Source: Bacillota bacterium
Lineage (GTDB): Bacteria; Bacillota; Limnochordia; Darwinibacteriales; Darwinibacteriaceae
DNA: 64,000 nucleotides
Reading direction: 5' to 3'
Assembly: GCA_030054835.1 (NCBI GenBank)
Contig: JASGVS010000021.1
Location: forward strand, 6,079 to 70,078
In this document: piece by piece, positions 47,195 through 54,907 of the stretch
Layout of the letters: each line of letters starts with the position of its first letter
Numbering within the stretch: position 1 is the first letter of the stretch
The notes under the pieces: generated by a model
Databases searched by the model: none
What the model was told of the DNA's origin: nothing
Seen by the model: only the letters and a program-made list of their open reading frames with translations
Program-made: the position numbers and the translations under genes

Positions 47195-47773
47195 GTGAGT
47201 AAACGGTCCCTAACCCTAGCAGTTTTACTTTTGGCCTTTTGGCTCATCGCTGCGGGCAGCCTCAGCTGGCAGCATATTCTGGCCGGCGCAGTACTCAGTG
47301 TCATTACGATCTGGTTCTGGCACGACCTGGGGCCCCAGCTTCCTCGACTCCTGTCCTGGAGAGAGCTGGTTCAGCTGGGGAAATGCCTCATTCTCTTAAT
47401 CTATTATGTACTCCAATCCAACTTTGCAGTAATTAAAACGATAGTGTTTAACGTCCCCCGGGTGAGCCCCGTGTTTCTAGTGCTGGATCCCCCCTTGGAA
47501 ACCAATTGGGGCAGAGTGTTTTTGGCAACCTGCATCACTTTGACACCAGGGTCAGTCACGGTCGACGTTGACCCGAAGTCGGGGCGCTTCATCATCCACG
47601 CCCTGACTGAAGAAACCGCCATTGGTGTCATTTATTGGCGGATGATCGATGAAATAAGGAAGTTAGAAACTTACAGGCAGAGGAGGAGTGCCCATGTGGT
47701 GGATACTAGCAGGGCTTATGGTTCTGATTCTCGCAGTGCTCTTGCGGGCAATTCTGGGACCAACAGTAATTGA
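47195..47773 (+). CDS. mrpE: Mrp/Mnh antiporter subunit E (MbhA-like)
   Basis: GTG start with GAAGGTGG RBS; N-terminus LTLAVLLLAFWLIAAGSLSWQHIL typical of MrpE; 192 aa with ~30-aa C-terminal extension overlapping mrpF. Confidence 0.8.
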   Translation: MSKRSLTLAVLLLAFWLIAAGSLSWQHILAGAVLSVITIWFWHDLGPQLPRLLSWRELVQLGKCLILLIYYVLQSNFAVIKTIVFNVPRVSPVFLVLDPPLETNWGRVFLATCITLTPGSVTVDVDPKSGRFIIHALTEETAIGVIYWRMIDEIRKLETYRQRRSAHVVDTSRAYGSDSRSALAGNSGTNSN

Positions 47774-48005
47774 TCGCATGATCTCTATCAACGCCATAAC
47801 AAGTAAAATCAGTGCACTGATCCTGCTCACTGCGTTCGCTGGGGGCGAGTACGCCTTTGTGGATGTGGCTTTTGTATTTATGCTCTGCGGTTTTGCGGGC
47901 AGCCTCTGGATCATTAGAGTGCTTACCCCGGGAGACTGGCAGCTGAGAATACCGGGGCTGGCCGGATTTGAAGGTAACGGAGAGGAGGAAAAGGCCCATG
48001 ATTAA
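47694..48005 (+). CDS. mrpF: Mrp/Mnh antiporter subunit F (MbhB-like)
   Basis: GPTVIDRMISINAITSK matches MrpF signature GPT..DR..A.D; ATG 47694 with AGGAGGAG RBS. Confidence 0.8.
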   Translation: MWWILAGLMVLILAVLLRAILGPTVIDRMISINAITSKISALILLTAFAGGEYAFVDVAFVFMLCGFAGSLWIIRVLTPGDWQLRIPGLAGFEGNGEEEKAHD

Positions 48006-48309
48006 TTTTCTGGTCAACATCTGCTTTGCAGTATCATTGGTCGGCTTTATCCTAGGCGTTGTGGGCCTTTTTAGGTTTCCCGATCCCTACACGCGGATGC
48101 ACGCCATCTCGGTGGGCGACACACTGGGCATGGGTTCTGCCGTAATTGGGCTCCTGCTGCTCAGCCCCACCTGGATGATCCGACTCAAGCTCATCGTTAT
48201 GCTGTTTCTATTCTGGTTAATCAACCCCACCATGTCCCATTTGGTGGCCAAAGCGGGTTTATTACACGGAACGGAGCCTGTCCAGGGCACCAGATTGAGA
48301 AAGGGGTAG
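47998..48309 (+). CDS. mrpG: Mrp/Mnh antiporter subunit G (MbhC-like)
   Basis: RMHAISVGDTLG motif typical of MrpG; ATG 47998 with GGAGGAAAAGG RBS. Confidence 0.8.
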   Translation: MINFLVNICFAVSLVGFILGVVGLFRFPDPYTRMHAISVGDTLGMGSAVIGLLLLSPTWMIRLKLIVMLFLFWLINPTMSHLVAKAGLLHGTEPVQGTRLRKG

Positions 48310-48313
48310 GCAG

Positions 48314-48583
48314 ATGCAGTTTGTAGCTGTAGATTATTGGATTATGGCCCTGTCCTTAATCTTAATGGGCGCATCCTTGGCCCTGTTCTTTATTAAAGAC
48401 CTTATCCACGCAGTCATTGTCTATGGCGCCTATTCAGTCACCATGGCCGTTATTTGGCTGCTGATGAATACGCCTGACCTAGCCATTACGGAAGCGGCTG
48501 CGGGAATCTGTACCACTGTAATGATGATGGTGGCCATTTACCGCACGCGCCGCCCAAAAAAGGGGAACAAGGATGAAAATTAG
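48314..48583 (+). CDS. MrpB-related small membrane subunit (DUF4040, MbhD-like)
   Basis: 89 aa, 3 TM; position and size as MbhD in Mbh/Mrp modules. Confidence 0.65.
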   Translation: MQFVAVDYWIMALSLILMGASLALFFIKDLIHAVIVYGAYSVTMAVIWLLMNTPDLAITEAAAGICTTVMMMVAIYRTRRPKKGNKDEN

Positions 48584-48869
48584 ACACATTTTCGTTGCAG
48601 TCGTTGTCCTTTTGGCCCTGTTTGGCATGCTTTTGATGGTGGCCGAGCTGCCTCCTTACGGCAGCGCGGACAATCCTGGGCAGAACATGGTTGCCCAGCG
48701 TTACATCAATGATGCGCTGGAAGATACGGGCGTGCCCAACATGGTTACTGCCGTTGTCCTGGATTACCGCGCCTATGACACCATGTTTGAAACGATCGTT
48801 CTCTTCACCGCCGCTTTAGCAGTGGTGGTAGCGCTCAAACCAGCCGAAGAGGAAGGTGATGACGCATGA
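48573..48869 (+). CDS. small membrane subunit (MbhE-like)
   Basis: 98 aa, 2 TM, overlapping neighbours by 4-11 nt within the mrp module. Confidence 0.6.
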   Translation: MKIRHIFVAVVVLLALFGMLLMVAELPPYGSADNPGQNMVAQRYINDALEDTGVPNMVTAVVLDYRAYDTMFETIVLFTAALAVVVALKPAEEEGDDA

Positions 48870-49291
48870 GAGACTTTATCTTAAAACGCATGATTGCAGT
48901 CATCTTGGCTTTTATCTTTGTTTATGGTTTCTATGTTATCCTCCACGGCCACATTTCTCCCGGCGGGTCTTTTGCGGGGGGAATTATCGTGAGCTTAAGC
49001 TTTATTGCCTTTGCCACAGTCTACGGCATTGACAAAGGCAAGGAAAAACTCCCCGAGAAATTCCTGGTCTGGGTAGAAAGCTATGGGACTCTCTGGTACG
49101 GCCTGATGGGTCTGGTAGGCATCTGCAAAGGGGCCCCGTTTCTGGCCAACAAGCTGGCTGGAATTGACTTAGGTGTACCGGGTACGCTCTCCTCCGGCGG
49201 CCTGATCGGGCTCATCGGCTTCGGCGTGGGAATTAGGGTAGCAAGTACCATGATCACCTTATTTTACACGTTGATGGAGGGAGATGCGTGA
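48866..49291 (+). CDS. Mrp/Mnh antiporter subunit B-like (MbhF-like)
   Basis: 141 aa, 4 TM; MnhB-domain-like; ATGA overlap with upstream gene. Confidence 0.65.
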   Translation: MRDFILKRMIAVILAFIFVYGFYVILHGHISPGGSFAGGIIVSLSFIAFATVYGIDKGKEKLPEKFLVWVESYGTLWYGLMGLVGICKGAPFLANKLAGIDLGVPGTLSSGGLIGLIGFGVGIRVASTMITLFYTLMEGDA

Positions 49292-49665
49292 CAACGTTCC
49301 TTGAGAAACTTCTCATAAATTATCCCTATGTTATTTCCGTAATCCTATTTTTCATCGGCACACTCATCATCTTGACCCAGTCTAATCTATTCAAAAAGCT
49401 TCTGGGCATCAACGTGATGGAAACGGCCACTTTCCTGATGTTTATTGCCGCGGGCAACATCCGGGGCGGCGCTGTTCCTATCCTTAGTGATACGAACGCC
49501 CCTTACATCAATCCCCTCCCGTCCGCTTTGATGCTTACGGGCATTGTGGTCAGCATCAGCGTCACCGCCTTTGCCCTGGCGCTAATTCTGCGTCTTTACA
49601 GGGAATACGGTACGGTGGACGCCAATGAAATCGCCCGGTTGAGAAATGGGGGGATGGAAAAATGA
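49288..49665 (+). CDS. mrpC: Mrp/Mnh antiporter subunit C (NuoK-like)
   Basis: 125 aa, 3 TM, NuoK/MnhC-like conserved Glu-containing helices (NVMETATFLMFIAAGN). Confidence 0.8.
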   Translation: MTTFLEKLLINYPYVISVILFFIGTLIILTQSNLFKKLLGINVMETATFLMFIAAGNIRGGAVPILSDTNAPYINPLPSALMLTGIVVSISVTAFALALILRLYREYGTVDANEIARLRNGGMEK

Positions 49666-51158
49666 TGACAAGCTGGACTACCCATCTACCTGTATTTGTT
49701 GTCATCCTACCCCTTTTTGTAGGCTTTATTCTACCCACCCTGGCCCGCAGACTGAGGCTGGTTGAGAACTTGGTTATCGCAGTTGAAGTAGTCAGTTTCG
49801 TTATGGCAGCTGCCCTTGCGGTACTCCTTTTCAAACAGAACGGCAGCCCCATTCCCTATGCCATGGGCGGCTGGCCCGCTCCCTGGGGAATCCGCATTAT
49901 TGCCGATAACTTGGGCGTCCTGTTCCTGTTGGTTATAGCCATTGTAGGTCTGCCTATTGCCCTCTATACCAAGGGTAATTTAAAGGAAGAAGTTGGCGGG
50001 CGAAGCAGAACGGCTCGTTTCTACGCCCTCTATCTGCTGCTGATGGGAGCCCTGGCCGGGATGGCCGTCACCAACGACCTTTTCAACGTCTTTGTGTTGG
50101 TAGAGGTAGCCACCCTCAGCGCCTGCGGCCTGGTGAGTGCCCATAGAAATCCCAGAGCGGCAGAAGCTGCTTTCAACTACCTGATCCTAGCCACACTGGG
50201 TTCGGGCCTGGTCATGGGCAGCATCGGCTTTCTGTACATCACAACCGGTCATTTAAACATGGAGTTTGCGGCCCGGGAGCTTGCCCAAGTTTGGCAGCAC
50301 AGCCCACATGTGGTCTGGATGGCGGCCAGTTTTATGCTCACTGGCTTTGGCGTGAAGGCGGCTATGTTTCCGCTCCACGTTTGGCTGCCCGACGCCCACT
50401 CCATGGCACCCACTCCGGGCAGTGCGGTTTTGTCTGGACTAGCGGTTAAGGGCTACTTGATCTGCCTTTTGAAGATTTTGTACAACGTATTCGGCCAGAC
50501 GCTCATGCGCCACTTCACCATGCACCACGTGTTAACGGCGGCAGGCATCGCAGCCATTCTCGCCGGCTCCATCCTGGCCTTGAGACAGGATGAACTGAAA
50601 CGCAGATTGGCCTATTCCACCGTTGCCCAGGTTGGCTACATTATTCTCGGCTTCGGTTTTGTGAATCAAAGGGGATTAGCTGGCTCCCTCTTTTACCTGG
50701 CGAGCCACGCCTTGATCAAATCCACCCTGTTCCTGACGGCCGGTGCCATTATCAGTGCCACGGGCAAGACCAAGGTGAGTGAACTAGCGGGTGTTGGCCG
50801 GAAGATGCCCTTGACGATGGGTGCCTTTACGGTAGCCAGTTTGGGGCTCGTGGGTATTCCCCTCTTTTCCGGTTTTGTGGGCAAATGGCACCTGCTATTG
50901 GGCAGCTTCGAATCGGGCAACTTCGCTGCTGCCGCGGTGATCCTGGCAGGCAGCGTGTTCTGCGCAGCCTACCTATTCCCCATCCTGCGTAACGCATATT
51001 TCCAAGAGGCACCGGGCGAGAATTGGCAGGATCCCGGTATGGCTCAAAGGGCCGCCTTTGTGCTGTTGAGTGCAGCCATCATCTTTTTTGGCATCCTGCC
51101 TACACCACTACTAACCCTGGCTCAGCGAGCCGCGGCGGATCTGCTGTTCTTGCAGTAG
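49662..51158 (+). CDS. mrpD: Mrp/Mnh antiporter subunit D (NuoM/N-like proton-conducting subunit), copy 1
   Basis: 498 aa, 14 TM, conserved FPLHVWLPDAHS and Lys/Glu helices. Confidence 0.85.
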   Translation: MMTSWTTHLPVFVVILPLFVGFILPTLARRLRLVENLVIAVEVVSFVMAAALAVLLFKQNGSPIPYAMGGWPAPWGIRIIADNLGVLFLLVIAIVGLPIALYTKGNLKEEVGGRSRTARFYALYLLLMGALAGMAVTNDLFNVFVLVEVATLSACGLVSAHRNPRAAEAAFNYLILATLGSGLVMGSIGFLYITTGHLNMEFAARELAQVWQHSPHVVWMAASFMLTGFGVKAAMFPLHVWLPDAHSMAPTPGSAVLSGLAVKGYLICLLKILYNVFGQTLMRHFTMHHVLTAAGIAAILAGSILALRQDELKRRLAYSTVAQVGYIILGFGFVNQRGLAGSLFYLASHALIKSTLFLTAGAIISATGKTKVSELAGVGRKMPLTMGAFTVASLGLVGIPLFSGFVGKWHLLLGSFESGNFAAAAVILAGSVFCAAYLFPILRNAYFQEAPGENWQDPGMAQRAAFVLLSAAIIFFGILPTPLLTLAQRAAADLLFLQ

Positions 51159-51177
51159 GGGCGAGGAGGAGGAGAAA

Positions 51178-52623
51178 ATGATAAATCTGATCTTAGCCTT
51201 ATTAAGCGGAGTGGTTGGGGCACTTCTCACTGCCCTCATTCCCGCTAAAAACGACCGCCTGCGCACAACGGTTGTGTTTGCAGCCTTGGCATCCGCCCTG
51301 ATTTTCAGCTGGCGCACCGCCCTGCTCGTCTTCGCCGGAGCGGAGTTGGAGCTCACCTTTGGGCTCGCAGGTCTAACGTGGCGTTTGGCCCCGGATCCGC
51401 TGGGAGCCATGTTTGTCCTGATTGCCTCCACGCTCTGGTTGGTGGCAGGTCTTTATTCAGCGGGCTACATGGCAGGAAAAAGGAACCTCAAGAGCTATTA
51501 CTCCTTTTTCCTACTCGCCAACAGCATCACCTTAGGGGTAGCCTGCGCAGGCAACTTGGTCGCTTTATACTTGTTCTATGAGCTTTTGACATTGTCAACC
51601 TATCCTTTGGTAATTCACGAACGTTCGGCGGAAGCGGTGAAAGCTGGCGCAAAATACATCATTTACAGCCTATCAGGCGCAGGAGCGCTGCTGGCCGCAA
51701 TAGTCATTACCCATGCATTAACGGGCCATTCCGATTTCACCTCTGTTCCCGTTTTGGCAGGGCAGACTGGGAAAGGCCTGAACTGGCTGTTAGCCCTGTT
51801 TATTGCAGGTTTTGGTGTTAAAGCGGCGATTATGCCGCTCCACCGCTGGCTGCCAGAGGCCATGGTGGCACCGACGCCCATCAGTGCCCTGCTCCATGCG
51901 GTCGCAGTGGTTTATTCCGGGGTCTACGGGATTATTCGGGTTGTATACACCGTGTTTGGGCCTGAACTCATGTCCAGCCTGACCTTTGCCAAGGCTTTGC
52001 CTTGGATCGCTTCCTTTACCATTCTAGTTGGCGTCATGATAGCCACCAGGCAGGATGTACTGAAGAAACGCTTGGCTTACCATACTATCAGTCAGCTATC
52101 CTATATACTCTTGGGCGCCTTTACGCTCCAGCCTTTAGGCCTGAGCGGTGCCATGCTGCACATGATCAGCTATTCCCTTCTCAAAGTAACCCTTTTCTTC
52201 TGTGCGGGCATCATCGCCGAACAGACAGGTGAAACGGTCGTGAGCCGGATGGGAGGGGTCGGCTGGAGCCTGCCCAAGACGATGGCCGCCTTTGGCGTGG
52301 CCAGTCTGGGTATGGTGGGCATGCTGCCGCTGAACACCTTTTGGAGTAAGTACTACCTGATGCGGGGAGGCGTTGCCTCAGGCAGCTGGCCCCTGGCATT
52401 AGTCTTGATTACGAGCGGAATCATCAACGCTGTCTGCTTTATTCCCACAGTGGTTGCAGCCTTCAAGGGAGAAAGCCAAGGACGTGTCCATTTAGAGAGC
52501 GGCAGCAGCGTTTCCCTCATGCTCGTTCCTACCGTGCTTTTAGCAGGTATTTCCCTTTTAATTGGCCTCTGGCCCGGCCTAGTCTGGGACGGGGTGCAGG
52601 CTGTTGTTAACTCGTTTTTCTAG
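51178..52623 (+). CDS. Mrp/Mnh antiporter subunit D-like, copy 2
   Basis: 481 aa; MPLHRWLPEAMVAPTP motif; NuoM/MrpD family. Confidence 0.85.
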   Translation: MINLILALLSGVVGALLTALIPAKNDRLRTTVVFAALASALIFSWRTALLVFAGAELELTFGLAGLTWRLAPDPLGAMFVLIASTLWLVAGLYSAGYMAGKRNLKSYYSFFLLANSITLGVACAGNLVALYLFYELLTLSTYPLVIHERSAEAVKAGAKYIIYSLSGAGALLAAIVITHALTGHSDFTSVPVLAGQTGKGLNWLLALFIAGFGVKAAIMPLHRWLPEAMVAPTPISALLHAVAVVYSGVYGIIRVVYTVFGPELMSSLTFAKALPWIASFTILVGVMIATRQDVLKKRLAYHTISQLSYILLGAFTLQPLGLSGAMLHMISYSLLKVTLFFCAGIIAEQTGETVVSRMGGVGWSLPKTMAAFGVASLGMVGMLPLNTFWSKYYLMRGGVASGSWPLALVLITSGIINAVCFIPTVVAAFKGESQGRVHLESGSSVSLMLVPTVLLAGISLLIGLWPGLVWDGVQAVVNSFF

Positions 52624-52634
52624 CGAAAGGAGGT

Positions 52635-54545
52635 ATGGTCATGCTGCTTTTACTACTTGTGCTGCTTCCCTTGGTGGGGGCACTGGCTCTGCTTTTTGAT
52701 AAAAAGCGGGCATGGAATATCCCCCTGCTCACGTGCAGCCTTGTTCTGGCACTGGCCATTTTCGGGCTCAAGCCAGTCTTTGGGGGAGGTACAATCAGCT
52801 ACACACTGAACCTGCCGGGGCCCTTCGCCCCTGTACTGCAGGCCGATCCCCTCACAGCCATTTTCGTCATACTCGCGGCTCTCCTGTGGTTCGCGGTAGC
52901 CATCTACGCGCCCAAGTACATGGTACATGAAGGGAAGGTCAAGTTCTTTGAACTGGTCACCCTGCTCACCTATTCGGCTGTTCTGGGCGTCTTTCTAGCA
53001 GGCGATCTTGTGACAATGCTCCTGTTCTTTGAACTGATGACAATTACGTCTTTCTTCTGGGTTGTCCATCGCTGGAACCGGGAAGCGATCAGAGCCGGTT
53101 ACTTTTACCTGTTCTTCAGCATCATCGGCGGACTGCTCATCGCGCTAGCCATAGTGTTTCTGGGTGCATCTGCGGGACTACCCCTGCCCCTTGGGGCTGG
53201 TAGGCTGACGCCCTCTAACCCAACTCTTTTTGCTTGGGCTATTGGTCTTCTGCTAGCAGGTTTCGGCATCAAGGGCGGGATGGCCCCGCTCCATGTGTGG
53301 CTTCCCCACGCCCACTCCAACGCCCCCACACCGGGTAGTGCCCTGTTATCCGGTCTGCTCATTAAAGTGGGTGCTTACGGCTTGATCCGTGTGGGCGAAC
53401 TGGCCGGCTGGGGTATCACTTTAGGAGCCGGTACCGCTTGGCTCAGTACAACCATAACGCTGCTGGGCCTTTTGACCATGTTGGTTGGTGTGGCCGCAGC
53501 TCTGCTGCAGGGTGACGGCAAAAGGCTCCTTGCCTACCACAGCGTGAGCCAGATGGGTTATATTATCCTGGGCATTGGTGTCGGTCTCTACCTGGGACCG
53601 GATGGCGGACTGGGACTGGTCGGCAGCGTTTATCATATTGTGAACCACGCCCTCTTTAAAGCCACCCTCTTTTTGGGTGTGGGCGTTATCTACATCCATA
53701 CTAAAGAAACGGACCTTTACAAACTCGGCGGTCTTTGGCGTCGTTTCCCCGTGACAGCTGCGCTCATGTTCCTCGCTGCCCTGGGCATTGCGGGAGCTCC
53801 CGGGCTGAATGGTTATGCTAGTAAGACGGTGCTGCACCATGCGGTAAGCGCCGCGGCAGCAAGCGGAGAGACATGGCTGATTTGGGTAGAGAGGCTCTTT
53901 AACCTGGTGGGAATCGGCACCGCCGCTTCCTTCGCTAAGCTTTTTTACCTCATCTTCCTCGGTAAACCGACGGAGCTGGAAGTGGCGGAAAACGAATCAC
54001 CCCGCCTGCAGATAGCCATGGGGGTGTTAGCAGCTGTTATGCTCACCATCGGGCTTGCACCCCAGCTGTTCCCTAACGTTTTGGGTCTGCCCGCAGCGGA
54101 GTCTTTGGGTTTTGCTAAGCTTGAACCCATCCCAGGTTCCCTCTTCTGGAACTTCACCGACCTGAAGGGTATTGCCATCACCCTGGCCTTAGGTATTGGC
54201 GTGTGCTGGGCTGGGCTAAAAAGCGGTGCATTCCACTGGCACCCGCCCCTTTGGCTCAGTCTGGAAGGCCTGGGCGGTAAGGTATACCTGGCAGTGGCCT
54301 TCCTCTGGACAAAGGGAATCGCCCTTTACCACAGCCTAACCAAAGGCCTGGGCAGGGCAGGAAGATTCTTGGCAGGCAAGGTGTCCGCCGCTTACAGCGA
54401 CTTGGTCAACCCTAAGGATGGGGCGGCCTTAACAGGCATCAGCGCAACTGCTGCACTTTTGATCCTGACACTACTGGCCCTAATTGCCTGGTACACCATG
54501 ATCAATCCGGTGTTTAATGTAGTGAAGATTGTGCTTCAGTGGTAA
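52635..54545 (+). CDS. MrpA/NuoL-like large antiporter subunit (third NuoL-family subunit)
   Basis: 636 aa; APLHVWLPHAHSNAPTP motif, extra C-terminal TM segments; RBS GGAGGT. Confidence 0.8.
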   Translation: MVMLLLLLVLLPLVGALALLFDKKRAWNIPLLTCSLVLALAIFGLKPVFGGGTISYTLNLPGPFAPVLQADPLTAIFVILAALLWFAVAIYAPKYMVHEGKVKFFELVTLLTYSAVLGVFLAGDLVTMLLFFELMTITSFFWVVHRWNREAIRAGYFYLFFSIIGGLLIALAIVFLGASAGLPLPLGAGRLTPSNPTLFAWAIGLLLAGFGIKGGMAPLHVWLPHAHSNAPTPGSALLSGLLIKVGAYGLIRVGELAGWGITLGAGTAWLSTTITLLGLLTMLVGVAAALLQGDGKRLLAYHSVSQMGYIILGIGVGLYLGPDGGLGLVGSVYHIVNHALFKATLFLGVGVIYIHTKETDLYKLGGLWRRFPVTAALMFLAALGIAGAPGLNGYASKTVLHHAVSAAAASGETWLIWVERLFNLVGIGTAASFAKLFYLIFLGKPTELEVAENESPRLQIAMGVLAAVMLTIGLAPQLFPNVLGLPAAESLGFAKLEPIPGSLFWNFTDLKGIAITLALGIGVCWAGLKSGAFHWHPPLWLSLEGLGGKVYLAVAFLWTKGIALYHSLTKGLGRAGRFLAGKVSAAYSDLVNPKDGAALTGISATAALLILTLLALIAWYTMINPVFNVVKIVLQW

Positions 54546-54547
54546 GG

Positions 54548-54580
54548 CGGGGCCGCTTAGGCGGCCTCTTCTTTATCTAA
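54548..54580 (+). terminator. rho-independent terminator after mrp module
   Basis: GGCGGGGCCGC-TTAG-GCGGCCTC followed by TTCTTTATCT. Confidence 0.7.
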
Positions 54581-54603
54581 TTTGGCTGATTGCACTAATT
54601 TCT

Positions 54604-54632
54604 TTGACATTGAGCAGCGGAATTGGTACAAT
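54604..54632 (+). promoter_or_regulatory. sigma-A promoter of leuS leader
   Basis: TTGACA-17 nt-TACAAT. Confidence 0.8.
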
Positions 54633-54639
54633 AATACTG

Positions 54640-54872
54640 ATATACAAAAATCGATGCAACGACGATGAACAGGAGTAGTACGGAAACCTTTTCAGAGAGT
54701 TGTTGGGTGGTGGAAAACAACATTCTTCCGGAACTCGCCTGGGAGTTGCTGGAGTGAATTTGATTAACCCCAGCCGGTCATTCCGTTATCATGTCGAGGG
54801 GGCGGCTGTTTGCCGTCAATTAGAGTGGTACCGCGGATCTTCCGTCTCTAGCTAGAGAGGAAGATTTTTTAT
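54640..54872 (+). promoter_or_regulatory. T-box riboswitch leader (Leu, specifier CUC)
   Basis: Stem I with GA/K-turn (GATGAAC...GAGTAGTA) and AGAGA element, specifier GAA-CUC-G (54734-54736), T-box sequence AATTAGAGTGGTACCGCGG (54818-54836), terminator GATCTTCCGTCTCTAGCTAGAGAGGAAGATTTTTT. Confidence 0.9.
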
Positions 54873-54907
54873 ATATCCAGTCACGCAGATTCAGGGAGGC
54901 GATCATC

